DNA from: an uncultured Nitrososphaeraceae archaeon
GTDB lineage: Archaea; Thermoproteota; Nitrososphaeria; Nitrososphaerales; Nitrososphaeraceae
Assembly: GCA_963825865.1 (NCBI GenBank)
Contig: CAWGVG010000036.1
Coordinates: 32,001 to 96,000 of the forward strand
Reading direction: 5' to 3'
Length of the DNA stretch: 64,000 nucleotides
Every line of letters starts with the position of its first letter. Position 1 is the stretch's first letter. The position numbers were made by a program, and so were the translations under genes. Shown in pieces: positions 10,971 to 22,934 of the stretch. The notes beneath the pieces were generated by a model. It saw only the letters and a list, made by a program, of their open reading frames with translations, did no database searches and was not told where the DNA came from.

Positions 10971-11855
10971 CAATACAAACAGTTCTTATGGGAGATAAGA
11001 TAAATATTGATATGAGAAATTACAGCGGTTCGCAGTCAAGACCGGAATTAAATAATCCTAAGAATGGCTACCAAAGGGTTACAGTTGATAGAGAGGATAT
11101 AAGACATCTTGAAATTTTTAATAACGGTAGCTGGAGACACGACGCAACATGTCGAGAATATACAAACAAGGACTGTAGAAAGTAGTAAATCTTACCTAAT
11201 CTCTTTATAAGAACACGACTTAATTGAGTTTAATCAGATATAATCAAAGAAGATGTGTATATACATTTTTTGATTGACTAGTGCAAATTAATGCCGATGA
11301 TCGATTGTTTATAGTTGTTAGTAGTTAACTTCTCACTCTCGTTTTTACTATCTTTTCTTTATTGCTTCTCTAGTAATAATCTTGATTGGAAGCCAATTGC
11401 CAAACACGACAACTCTTGCAGGTTTTTAGAGTTATTACTTAGATTAATAAAATCCTGTTCGTCTGATGGCATATAATAAGAAAAAGACCCCATGTGTTCT
11501 AAAAATATAATGTTCGCAGATAGCTTCTGTACCAGTAATGGCAACCACTTCTACATACTATCTTCATATCTTTTTTATGTTGTGCTATGGCCCACTATTA
11601 TCTATTAAAGATAAAAATAAATTATTTCTGATTAAATTTAACATGATTGGGAGTGCGTATCATATCCCCATATGATTATGATAATAACAACAAAATAATG
11701 AAGATTATTAGACAAAAATATGAAGAATCCTTGGTTGTGTGCAGGTATGGTAAAGATAATAACAATAATAATTGTCACCTGCTCTGATAACAACAAAGTA
11801 AATCAATAAGTTGTTTCATTTTATATAATAATAATAACATGCGTGCGGTGATGGT

Positions 11856-12408
11856 GTGACACAGATATCTTTTGAAGAGATCCTAAAGTTGGTAGAATAC
11901 ATTCCAATTAGTGGAAGCATTCCGTCTAATGGCAAGTTTATGGATGGTACGACAATTGATTCCCAGTTCTACTTTGAAAATATAGATTATGTTGCAAGTT
12001 TTAGAGATATTGTGAGGATAATAAACAGGAACATCTTAAAAGATGTACAATGGGAAAAGGTGATAGTTGAGCAACGTTATAAACAATTGCGCGAAATAGG
12101 TTGCTCATATCCTGTGGAATATCTATTATTTGACTTTTGTCTAGCGAGCATTGGAAGGTGATTATCTAAATGCAAAATTATATCTTGCACATTCTTTTCA
12201 TATTCTTGGATTGCATAGATCGTTCAACCTTTTACTATCTGTAATTGTAAATGAACCATTAGCAGAGGATAAAGATGTAAGAGAGCTTTTGACATTATTA
12301 GCGAGAGCAACTGAACCACATAATGCAGGGACATATCTTGATGCATATGGAGATGCGTATACGAAACGGTATAAAATGTATCTCGCAGAATTAGAGAAAT
12401 TGAAATGA
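11856..12408 (+). CDS. Hypothetical protein (two overlapping ORFs, probably one frameshifted gene)
   Basis: ORFs 11856-12161 and 12151-12408 overlap on the same strand with protein-like composition. Confidence 0.5.
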
Positions 12409-12791
12409 AAATGACTTCTTTTCATAATTAACCATTTTCAATAATATATATAACATCACAGCAAAAATAAGAGAAAAATATCGCAAGGCATAATCTCTCA
12501 CTGACAATCATAATAATACATGTCTCTGTATGTATTTATGTTGGTACATCACACAATCAATCATTCTTCTATGAACACTATCAGACAACAACGTTCATGA
12601 AACATTCGTTGACTTAGTTTTGTCTTTGAAAACCTGTCGTATATTCAAGGTAATTATTTTATTTTACGATTCAATAAGGCACTCTTAGACAAAATGTCAA
12701 TACGTATCTTTGATGGCGATGATAATATAAACAAAATTAGTAGTAATGATGCCGATAATAATAATAAAGAATTAATAATAATAATGCTAAG

Positions 12792-13382
12792 AATCGTTTT
12801 CATCCCGAAAAAAAAGGTATCCGCGTTTTCGGCATAGCAGAAAGTTTTAAGAAATTCAATACAAAAAAATCAACACTTGCTGGTGTAGTGATGCGACGCG
12901 ATCTTATAATTGATGGAATAGTCTTCGGTAATGCAACGTTAAAAGGGAGTGATTCAACCGAAAATATCTTATCTATGTTCAAGTCATTAAAAAGGGACGA
13001 TGTGAATTGTATAATGCTGGACGGCCTGATTATCAGCATGTACAATATCGTTGATGGCAAACTAATCCAAAACAAAACTGGGCTGCCAGTAATTGCAATA
13101 ACGTTTGAAGATTCCAAAGGTCTAGAAGATAACATAAGATATCATTTCCCAGATGACTCAAAATTAAAACTCGAACAATACGACAAGTTGGGTAAAAGGG
13201 ACCAAGTTATACTAAAAACAGGTAAACATCTTTTTATACGGTATTGGGGATTAACTCTGAAACGAGCTATAACAATACTTAATTCTTTTACTTTACAAGG
13301 CTCGATACCAGAACCTATCCGAGTTGCAAAACTTGCAGCGCGAGGGATGGCTCCTCAGCGAGCAGACTATCTAAAAAAATAA
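12792..13382 (+). CDS. DUF99 family protein (endonuclease V-like)
   Basis: In-frame extension HPEKKGIRVFGIAESF...LAGVVMRRD, then IMLDGLIISMYNIVD and IPEPIRVAKLAAR; true start may be 12694 across a frameshift. Confidence 0.85.
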   Translation, partial: NRFHPEKKGIRVFGIAESFKKFNTKKSTLAGVVMRRDLIIDGIVFGNATLKGSDSTENILSMFKSLKRDDVNCIMLDGLIISMYNIVDGKLIQNKTGLPVIAITFEDSKGLEDNIRYHFPDDSKLKLEQYDKLGKRDQVILKTGKHLFIRYWGLTLKRAITILNSFTLQGSIPEPIRVAKLAARGMAPQRADYLKK

Positions 13383-13701
13383 AGAGCTTAATTATATCAT
13401 GATAATATATAATAATGATGATATAGTAATGAAAAATATTTTACTTTGTGTATACTTCAAAGTTTTCTTTACACATATAAGAAAAGGAAATGCAATAAAA
13501 TATCAGTCCAAGTTCATAAATAAAAAAAAGTATAGGAAACAACAACAAGAAATTATGAGAACAAAGGTAATTGATGATAGGTATACCTGTGTGTATGTAT
13601 ATATATATATATAATCTTGGATAAAAACAGATTTTATATACATACTTCAACTATTTTACACAATAAAGTAGACACAATAGCGAGAAAGAGAGAGAATCAA
13701 T

Positions 13702-15525
13702 ATGAATCGATTTCCTACAGGAGCAAAGAAAATAGGTATTATTTCTATAATTTTAGTTGTTATCATCTCTTATGGCCTCTTCTTTTACCTTCAATATATG
13801 ACTGAAAATAATATTAGAAACAGTTTATTTGAGCAACAAAAACAGCGTCAGATAGAATCTACAAAAGCCCTCTCGCAACACGTTAGTGCAGACCTCGACT
13901 CTATTATGGCTAGGCTTCAGGATTTAGCAAACTCCGCAATTTTACAGCAAGGGGATTTATCTAACAATAAAACTAAAAAGATCGCCGAGGAAAGATATTT
14001 TCAAATTAATTCTCTGGTGGATAGACTTTTCATAGCAGATAAAAATAACATTATAACGTTAAATTTAGCTCCAAAAGGACAAAAGACTTTTGTTGGCGCC
14101 AATATTTCGGATTTGGATAATATAAGAAAAAGTAAAATCGAACAAACGCCAATATTTTCAAATGGCTATGTCGGATTAGATGGCAAATACAGAATAGCCA
14201 TAGTCTATCCAATAATAAAAAGAGACACTGGAGAATACATTGGATTAGTAGCATCGACAATACCTACAGTAGAGTTCTTTTCCCACCATGGAAACGTTCA
14301 CGATATAAATTCACAATTTTTGGTGGTTTATGATAGAAATGCAACTATGTTGGCTAATGGTGCAAGCGAAGCCTTGGTAGGTAAGAACTTTTTTGGAGAT
14401 TATACTCAACGCTTTATCGGCCATAATCAATCTTCTAGATAATCTAACCCATAATCTATTAGCAGGTAATTCAAGCTATGCAGTTTATAACTATGGAAAA
14501 GGTGAAAGATTGACCACTGGGATATCCAGTTCTTGTGGATGGCAAGCCTACATACTTTATTCAGATTGTAACACCTTCTGCTACTATTTATTCACAGATT
14601 AATGGTGTTCTTTTTACAGAAAGAATAAGCATGTTCTCGCTCCTTGCTGGTACTACGGCTGCAGTGGCAGTTCTAATATTATTTCTTATTAGATGGAACA
14701 GCAGATTAGACAAAGAAGTTAAAAAAAGAACAAAAGAATTGGAAGAATCAAATAAACAGCTTACGCTAGCTAATGAACAATTAAATCTTCGTGATAAAAT
14801 GCAAAAGGAGTTTATCAATATAGCAGCTCATGAGTTGAGAACTCCTATTCAACCGCTTCTTAGCCTAACCCAAATTATTCGCTCTAAAGTAAAAGACGCC
14901 GAACAAGGCGAGTTACTAGATAGTGTTATCAGAAATGCAAAAAGACTGCAGCGACTTGCTGAAGATATACTAGATATTACAAGGATTGAAAGCCAGTCAT
15001 TAAAGCTCAATAAAGAATTATTCAATCTAAATGATTTGATATTAAATGTTGTGCAAGACTATAGAAATCAGCTCGAAAAAGATAATGATGATAATCATAT
15101 TCGTATTACCTTGTTATGCGAATTTAGGAATGACGATATTTTTTTTGTAGAAGCAGACAGATATAGGCTTACACAAGTTATTTCTAATCTACTAAGCAAT
15201 GCTATTAAATTCATTAGAAGAGAAGGAGGAGAAGGAGGAGAAGGAGGAACTGTATCCATTATATTAGAAAAGAAAGAAGATAATCAACAAAAAGTCCTTG
15301 TTAGTGTAAAGGATAGTGGTCCTGGCATACATAGCGATATTATACCAAGGCTATTTTCTAAATTTGCGACAAAATCTGAAAAAGGAACAGGATTGGGTTT
15401 GTTTATTTCAAAAAGTATTGTACAAGCTCATGGTGGGAGAATATGGGCTGAAAATAATGCGGATGGTAGAAAAAGGAGCTACGTTTTACCTTAGCCTGCC
15501 GCTTGCCAGTACAAGATCTGAATAA
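13702..15525 (+). CDS. Sensor histidine kinase with extracellular Cache-like domain (frameshifted)
   Basis: TM, Cache-like region, TM, H-box AAHELRTPIQP, N-box QVISNLLSNAIKF, G boxes DSGPGI and GTGLGLFISK. Confidence 0.9.
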
Positions 15526-15728
15526 AGATGTAAAGGATCAATCACTATTAAAGAGCAAGAAATAAGAACAGAAACAGAAAGATATTTTTTTATTCTACAA
15601 CTATTCATTTAGTTTAGAAATTATTCCTGTTGTCATTACTAATGAGAGTGTACGAGTGTGTCTCTATCTATGAATAATTTTTTATATATGAATAGAAAAA
15701 AAAGAATTGTAAATTATATTTTTAAACT

Positions 15729-15857
15729 TTAGTATGCATAAGCGCCATCTGCTGGCCTGCATTGATTGCATAGTCTTATTTCTTTTTTACCATCTTCTGA
15801 TTTTACTGTCATGACTTCAACATTATCCATCCCACAGCGATCACATTTACCTGTCAT
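15729..15857 (-). CDS. Small CxxC/CxxC zinc-finger-like protein, 42 aa
   Basis: MTGKCDRCGMDNVEVMTVKSEDGKKEIRLCNQCRPADGAYAY read by hand; below the ORF-track cutoff. Confidence 0.7.
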   Translation of the reverse strand: MTGKCDRCGMDNVEVMTVKSEDGKKEIRLCNQCRPADGAYAY

Positions 15858-16486
15858 ATTTTATATATCATTAATCAACGTGATCAATAAAGGATTTTTA
15901 GCTTTTTAACATATTTAAAGTAAAACTAATTACTACTCCCAAAGCATGATTTTTTAACCATATTAAGTCGATTTTTTGTTTATCGCCTTTGAACTTACTC
16001 CTCCGCTTTGAGTGAAATAGAATTAAAGATAGTGGCAGAAGCTACTGGGATGGTCATGATAGACACACACACTCAAGAGTTAAGTCTGCTTTCTTTCTCT
16101 GTCTCTTTTATACACACCAAATTCCCGTCTTTTTTCTTTCGGTAAATCTACTACTAAAATGACAATGATGTAAAGTTCAATGGTTGTTGTCCTCAATACA
16201 GCAAGTTAACATTAAAAAGTGTGAATATTGTTTCGTTAATAATAATATTGTCTACAAGAACAAGAACAAAAACAACTTTTAACAATACCAATACTCCAGC
16301 GGCATCATTTAAGAATTGCAATAAACTTTTGTTTGGATATAGGTACAATGGTATTGAGAAGATGATTATTGGAGAAGTATTAATGCCTCTTCATTTTAAT
16401 TATTATTATTATTGTTATTATTGCTTGATAGACGATATTAGTTATGTATCATATGATGTTTTACAAAGTGGTGCATTCTAGCTCAG

Positions 16487-18199
16487 ATGCCATTACAAAG
16501 TTATTTTCCCCTTCCAAATATGAGAGACAAGCAGGAGAAAATGCTTTTAGAAATTGAACAGGCCTTAAATTCAGGATTCAAACACATCTTTTTGGAAGCA
16601 CCTACCGGATTTGGAAAAAGTCCAGTGGCTATTGCATTAGCTAGATACCTCGGAAGTTCGCATATCTGTACGGCTACTAAGGATTTACAAGGCCAATATT
16701 GTAGAGATTTTCCTTTTATCCGTGAAGTCAAAGGTAAAACTAACTTTCTGTGCATAGTAAATGACGAGATGGGTCTGGACGAAACCTGTGAGTATGGTCC
16801 TTGTATGAAGGATGACAGTTATGATTGCGTTTACAAAACCAGACTGGCTGACTACAAAGTAGAAGCTGAAGGTACAAATTATGAAACGGTGGATCTAGAT
16901 AATTTTGCCAAGAAAAAATATATTGACAAGATGAAATCCCAGCCAAAGATTGTAGAACTTCCTGAATGGAAACCCTGTCACTATTATCATCAAAAATGGA
17001 TCGCCGTTAGATCTACTCATACCATTTACAATTACAAGTATTTTCTTTCTGACCTTTTCTATTCAGGCAATGTGCAACGGAGAAAGCTTCTCGTTCTTGA
17101 TGAGGCACATACAGTAGAGTCTGAAGTGGCAGATTTTAAAAGTTTTACAATTTATAAAGATGCCCTTACACGCCTTATTCCAAAATTGCGAATTCCTGAT
17201 AAGAAGGAGTATGAGATCGAAACATGGATAGATTTTGGATATGAATTAAGGAACGAACTCCTAGATTTTATTGATAAAGCCAGTATCGTATTAGAAAGTA
17301 ACAAGCCTTATGAGCCATTTACAGAAAAAAATCTTATTGAAGCTTTAACAAAGGAGAAAAATTTGGCTGCGGTAGTTGAAGACATGAAATGTAATAAAGA
17401 CAACTGGATTGTTACAAACGTAGAAAAGGGCACAAACAACCAACTACAGAAAATAGTACTTACGCCATTGGATGTCTCAAGTTACTTTAACGATATTCTC
17501 AGTATGGGAACAGTATCTCTGTTTATGAGTGCAACAATTCTAAGCAAAGATTATCTATGCAAAATTGCAGGACTGAAATCAGATCAAGTAACGTTTATTC
17601 GTGTTCAGCAGTCGGATTTTCCAATTAAAAATAGACCAATTTATCTAATGAATATTGCATGGCTTAATGCTAAAACAATAGGCCAAAGTTTACCCACGAT
17701 CGCCAGTGCTGTTAACAATATTATGAGTATGCATAAGAATGAAAAGGGAATTATACATACAACTTCCTACTCCCAGCTACAGTTCATAAAGGATAATATA
17801 AGCAAGGAAAATGCGGTCAGACTTATAGAAACTGGACCAAGATTTGATCGGAATGAGGTACTGCAAAAGCATTCGCAAGGTACAAAACCTACCGTATTAA
17901 TATCTCCATCGTTATATCTGGGTGTAGACCTGAAAGGTTATCTTTCTAGATTCCAAATCATTGTAAAAGTACCGTATCCCGATCTTACCGACAGAAAGAT
18001 TTCTGCAATGAAACAAAGAGATCCAAAATGGTATACTTGGAATACCATTCTAAGGTTAGTTCAAGCATATGGTAGGAGCGTTAGAAGTAAAGATGATTTT
18101 GCAAATACTTACGTCCTTGATAGCAGTATATCATATTTGCTAAAAGAGGCACATGAAATATTGCCAAAATGGTTCTCAGATGCTATAATACAAAGGTAA
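16487..18199 (+). CDS. Rad3/XPD/DinG-family ATP-dependent DNA helicase
   Basis: Walker A APTGFGKS, LDEAH box, MSAT, QAYGRSVRSKDD; Cys cluster consistent with an Fe-S domain. Confidence 0.92.
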   Translation: MPLQSYFPLPNMRDKQEKMLLEIEQALNSGFKHIFLEAPTGFGKSPVAIALARYLGSSHICTATKDLQGQYCRDFPFIREVKGKTNFLCIVNDEMGLDETCEYGPCMKDDSYDCVYKTRLADYKVEAEGTNYETVDLDNFAKKKYIDKMKSQPKIVELPEWKPCHYYHQKWIAVRSTHTIYNYKYFLSDLFYSGNVQRRKLLVLDEAHTVESEVADFKSFTIYKDALTRLIPKLRIPDKKEYEIETWIDFGYELRNELLDFIDKASIVLESNKPYEPFTEKNLIEALTKEKNLAAVVEDMKCNKDNWIVTNVEKGTNNQLQKIVLTPLDVSSYFNDILSMGTVSLFMSATILSKDYLCKIAGLKSDQVTFIRVQQSDFPIKNRPIYLMNIAWLNAKTIGQSLPTIASAVNNIMSMHKNEKGIIHTTSYSQLQFIKDNISKENAVRLIETGPRFDRNEVLQKHSQGTKPTVLISPSLYLGVDLKGYLSRFQIIVKVPYPDLTDRKISAMKQRDPKWYTWNTILRLVQAYGRSVRSKDDFANTYVLDSSISYLLKEAHEILPKWFSDAIIQR

Positions 18200-18815
18200 T
18201 AGGGCCTGATAGTATCCATGTTGTGTATCTATTCGACCAGACCAACTATACAATAATACACATTTATCACAGAATGTAATTGATGGATTAGTAGTTGTAA
18301 CTTCTACTGAATTATCATAAGCATTTACATTGATATTCTGTTTGTTGGCACCTGGTATTTCTACTATGACTTTTACTTCTTTATCTGTACTTATTACATC
18401 TGCCAAAGGTTCTCATTAAGATGAAATCATTGGTCTTGTAAAGGAGCCTCCACCACTACCAACATCACCACCATGTAATGGTGATTTGACATTGCCAAAT
18501 TCCCTTACTTTTGGTTTACCATTAGGTCCAATAGTCATTGAATATCCATAAACAAATGGCCCATATTCTCTTACCTTACCCCCTCCAGTTGTTTCATATT
18601 CCCTTACTAGATCCTTTGGGGCTCTATTCTCTAAGTCTTTAAACTGTTCTTCAAATTCTCTTTCCATTTCCCTTCTCATCTCATCGAATCCTCCAAAAAA
18701 TATCAGGGAAACCAAAAAATCCTTCTCTCACTCTGCCGCTTCGTCTACTACTACCATGAAAGGATCTATTGAACCAATCAAATGGCTCTATGTCGCGATC
18801 TTCTGACGAACTCAT
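18176..18815 (-). pseudogene. hsp20: Archaeal Hsp20 small heat-shock protein, frameshifted and C-terminally truncated
   Basis: ATG at 18815 (MSSSEDRDIEPFDWFNR), GPFVYGYSMTIGPNGKPKVREFGNV, ADVISTDKEVKVIVEIPG; the final NGILEI strand is missing. Confidence 0.75.
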
Positions 18816-19149
18816 ATGGATTATCCCAGTACTAATTCTGATAGAGTCTTAAATATTTAATTTCTTAGAGCTGTATATACTTGTAGTAATAGGTATTGCA
18901 AAAATGAATTTGGGAAATCTATATTGATCAATATGACGACCAACTCCTTACAACAACATAAAGCCTTTATTTTCTATTGATTAAATTCGAGCTACTAACA
19001 CGTCACAGAGTATTAGATTTGATTCTAATGAGCTCAGCTATCAATTACAAAAACAAAAGGTTTAGAGGAAAAATGGACTATCAACAAGAAAATTGCGGGA
19101 CTGCAGATCCTATAAGGGCTCTATACTTATATCACGGAAACATCCGAAC

Positions 19150-19492
19150 ATGCTTGTGAAATTTGAATTTGAACAGTTTTCCACCATAGAGGATGTTTTT
19201 CTATACCTTGTATCAGTTGCTCCCTACATGAAACAGATTCTTCCTGTAAGCTCATACAAGGGTTATGTATTTTCCTTTGTACCTTTAACTCAGCTATCTG
19301 GGGACGTGGTGACATGGTCTATACTAAAGGCAGCATCGACGCAGGGATGGTGGAGTTTGACATTTCTACTAAAAAATACAAGTCAGTTACTGGGTTGAGC
19401 GCGCTGATAAGAATTATTTTATTATCCTGATACCAAAGAGTACGAGTATCTCAGATAGTGCGATTGCACAGTTGGAATCTAGCAAAAAGTAG
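19150..19492 (+). CDS. Conserved-looking archaeal hypothetical protein (frameshifted)
   Basis: MLVKFEFEQFSTIEDVFLYLVSVAPYM continues in other frames as VYTKGSIDAGMVEFDISTKKY and RADKNYFIIL. Confidence 0.6.
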
Positions 19493-19905
19493 TGTCTCGG
19501 CACTCGGTAGTCTGAACATAAGAAAATCAACTAATTTAGACATAAAAAAGCATTAGACTAGTTGGGACTGCACAACTATAGATCCAAGTAGTCTATATAC
19601 TGCATCATATGTGTCCATCTGACATGATTAGATTTTAGAGTTATTTGCTAGTCGTTTCACTATATATTATATCTCAAACATAAAGTTCGCTACGCACTTT
19701 ATGTTAATTATATGTAGGACATAGAAAAAATTAAATCGTATTTCTAGCGTTTAATGCGCTTTAAATGATGCGATTCTTGCTTTCAATATAACTTCTCTAG
19801 TTTCACAGTATTCTAAGCTACATGTTGAGAAATGGATTTCAATAGAATAAAATTCTAAATATACTTATATGGTTGACACATCCTTTTACATTACACACAT
19901 AAAAG

Positions 19906-20319
19906 ATGTCTGCTGATAGTAATAGTATTAATAATGATACTCATCCTAATAAACAAAGGAGAATTTTAATTGTAGATGATGAACCAGATATAATTTTAGT
20001 CTTCGAGATGGTTTTAAAAATGAGTGGTTTTGAAGTTGATGCGTATAATGATCCTCTATTAGCATTATCTAATTTCAAGCCAAATTCGTATGGTCTGGTA
20101 TTATTAGACATTAGAATGCCTAAGATTAATGGATTTGAATTATATACAAAAATGAGAAATATCGATGATAAGATCAAAGTATGTTTTATGACCGCATTTG
20201 AAGATTATCACCAAGAGTTTAAGGAATCATTTCCAACATTAGATGAAGTAAAATGCTTTATTAGAAAGCCAAAAGCAATAGAAGATCTGGTAGAGCACGT
20301 AGCAAACATTCTAGGTTAA
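19906..20319 (+). CDS. Stand-alone response regulator receiver protein
   Basis: ILIVDDEPD, LLDIRMPKINGFEL, CFMTA, FIRKP. Confidence 0.92.
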   Translation: MSADSNSINNDTHPNKQRRILIVDDEPDIILVFEMVLKMSGFEVDAYNDPLLALSNFKPNSYGLVLLDIRMPKINGFELYTKMRNIDDKIKVCFMTAFEDYHQEFKESFPTLDEVKCFIRKPKAIEDLVEHVANILG

Positions 20320-20439
20320 GTTACTACACACTTAGTTAGTTGTTATTTATAATCGCATTGAAAGCTATCCTGTTAAATCAATATAATATAAACCTTATAT
20401 CATATATCGTGTATAAAATTAGAGGTAGAAAAACAGACA

Positions 20440-20628
20440 ATGTTAACCATATCATGCAAAGAAGCAGGTGAAGAGAACTGTGACTATGTAGCAAAAGGAA
20501 ATACAGAGCAAGAGCTGATGGAAGATGGATTCAAACATGCTAAAGAAGTCCATGGCTTTACAGATGAACAGGTAGAAAAGGAGAAGCAGAACCTAGATTT
20601 TTATAGAAAACTTATCAAAGAAGTTTAA
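20440..20628 (+). CDS. DUF1059 small metal-binding protein
   Basis: ISCKEAG-x-CDYVAKGNTEQELM...HAKEVHG. Confidence 0.85.
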   Translation: MLTISCKEAGEENCDYVAKGNTEQELMEDGFKHAKEVHGFTDEQVEKEKQNLDFYRKLIKEV

Positions 20629-20851
20629 GACCAATAACCCTTTTTACTTTTTCTTCTTATAATTCACTAATCACCGTTCTTCTTTTAAGAAAAGCATAAA
20701 TATATGGTGCCTTACTTGGCCGTCAAACTATACTACTGGTGTCTGACCTTTCATTTATCGTGAGTTGATATTCGTCATATTAATCGGTCGATGCATATAA
20801 ACGAATCATAAGTATAAATATGTATCGGTCGATATAATAGACGATAAATAA

Positions 20852-21094
20852 TTGGTATTGTTAACTAAAGTGGCTTCAGCCAAGAAAGGTACAAAGTCAT
20901 TAAAAACAACCATTCCAGAAGGAATAGCAGAATATTTGGAGATCTCAGACAAAGATGAATTACAATGGAAAATGGATATGCAAGATAATCAAAGAGTAGC
21001 CGTAGTAAACAAAAAGTCGAAAGAAAAAGACAGTATAGAGCTCGCAAGATATTCCATAAAACAAAAACGAAATAAATTAAGTGGTGTATATTAA
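20852..21094 (+). CDS. AbrB/MazE-like DNA-binding protein
   Basis: SLKTTIPEGIAEYLEISDKDELQW swapped-hairpin signature. Confidence 0.7.
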   Translation: MVLLTKVASAKKGTKSLKTTIPEGIAEYLEISDKDELQWKMDMQDNQRVAVVNKKSKEKDSIELARYSIKQKRNKLSGVY

Positions 21095-21454
21095 ATGAGT
21101 GACGATGAGAATTCGGATTATAAATCGTTAGTTGACAACCCAGAGATCTTTAAAAAATTCATGATTGGTATTAGAGGAGGTTATTCTAAAAAATTTGACC
21201 TAGTTAAAAAAGCGCGTGAAACTCTGCCAGAGACTTTTTCAACAAGAGATTTTGCAAATCAGATGTTGCTAGCATTAGAGGCGAACTACTCAGACCAAAT
21301 AGTTTTCCTCGACGTTCTACAAGCAATAGTACAAAACAACAGTAAAAAGATACAACGTTTAAATAACAGAGTTAAACAAGGGCAAAAAATTGCTAATTGG
21401 TGGGATAGATTATTTGAGGATGAATCTAAGGATGCTGATAAAAAAAATGAATGA
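21095..21454 (+). CDS. Hypothetical protein
   Basis: 119-aa ORF starting immediately after the AbrB-like stop codon. Confidence 0.6.
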   Translation: MSDDENSDYKSLVDNPEIFKKFMIGIRGGYSKKFDLVKKARETLPETFSTRDFANQMLLALEANYSDQIVFLDVLQAIVQNNSKKIQRLNNRVKQGQKIANWWDRLFEDESKDADKKNE

Positions 21455-21890
21455 TATGATGGATGAATGGCGTGAGGTTAGGCGGATGAAAAGACTTAAC
21501 CAAGAATTATATGATTTATTGGGCGGATCTATTATCTTCATTCTTGGATATTCAAAGAAAAACAAAATTCTTAATTGCCATTCTAGATAAAAGTATTAGT
21601 TATGTATATTGTCTATGTGTTAGTTATGCCATCGTAAAAATTCCTGAAATTGGATGATGTTACCAATAACTAATAACGATAATACAACGAAACATAATTG
21701 GAAAGCAACAAGATAGCAGAACAAGACGCAAGTAGGTCTATATCTGAAGATTGTTATTCATTGAAGATAAAGCATCTGGGTCTGAGGCTGCTGTTGCGAC
21801 GACTACTTTTACTACAATAACAGCAGATGTTCCACCTGATAACACAACAATAAACCAAAAAAAGAACCCGATAAAACTTATTAAAAACTT

Positions 21891-22253
21891 GTGAGCAACC
21901 CATTTGTGAAAAAGCTCGAAATATATATCCCTGAGGAGAATCTTTCTGAAGTAACGGAAATTCTGCATAAACATGGTGTTGGAGGTGTGAGTCTTTCTGA
22001 GATCAAGGGAAGAGGAAAGCTTCCACATGAACCAGTTCCAGAAACGGTAAGATTCTACATGACTAGCAAAAAAATCGTCCCTGAATATGTATCCAGACAT
22101 AAAATTGAATCTATAGTATCTGAATCATCGACAAAGCCTATTATTGACGATCTTTTTCAGTTAAAACCTGCTCGTGCCAAAGTCTTTGTGTATGATATTT
22201 TAGAAGCGTACGATCTTGTGTCAAAGGCCAGTGGAGAAGATGCTTTAACTTAG
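21891..22253 (+). CDS. P-II family (GlnB/GlnK-like) signal transduction protein, divergent
   Basis: KKLEIYI, GVGGVSLSEIKGRGK, KIESIV, KVFVYDILEAYDL, SGEDAL. Confidence 0.85.
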   Translation: MSNPFVKKLEIYIPEENLSEVTEILHKHGVGGVSLSEIKGRGKLPHEPVPETVRFYMTSKKIVPEYVSRHKIESIVSESSTKPIIDDLFQLKPARAKVFVYDILEAYDLVSKASGEDALT

Positions 22254-22479
22254 AGCAGATGTTAGAAATAGAGAGGAATATATATGCAAACTAATGAGCC
22301 TGACATCAATATATACACGAATAGTTGATGTCGACTGAATCATCACAAAACAAGTGGATAAAATAAACATCATTCAGGTAATGCCAATAATAACAATACA
22401 CGTTATTCGGCTGTACACGTATCTTCAGTTCTTGCCTACCCGTTTTTAATTCATCGCAAGCAAAACCAAGCTAGTAGAT

Positions 22480-22705
22480 AAGGCGTGTCATTTCGCCTTT
22501 GGCACTGCTATTATAGCCCGGCCCGGCAAAGAGTACCTTCAATCCCTTCTTTTGTGGCCAATTGGTTTTTCATGCAAAATATTTCTTGTCTTTACTAATG
22601 ATATGTTTTTTCAAAGTCATCCTTGTAGATACGAATATGCGATTTGAATGCCTGTCCTACTTTAAACTCTTCAAATTTCAAATCTTATTTTGAAAACTAT
22701 GGCAT
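22480..22705 (-). pseudogene. MaoC-like dehydratase remnant
   Basis: Disrupted frames give LKFEEFKVGQAFKSHIRI, RNILHE, PGRAIIA, GEMTRL. Confidence 0.4.
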
Positions 22706-22934
22706 TAAACTCTATGTATATTTTAACTACCATGATGGCTACTTAGAAACTAAGCACTAGCGGCGGAGAAGGAAGCGAAATAGATGATTCTTCTCTTTGA
22801 GATTAATCAAGAGATTGGGTGTACAAGATGTTCATAAATCATACATAAGTAATGTCGATGATTATTGATGCATCGAGTGCTAGTACTAGTGCACTTAAGT
22901 AGATTAATGATTAATAATTAATAGATTGTAAGCT

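Noticed and set aside
19673-19710. Integron attC site
   Set aside because: Too short, single copy, and no integron integrase seen
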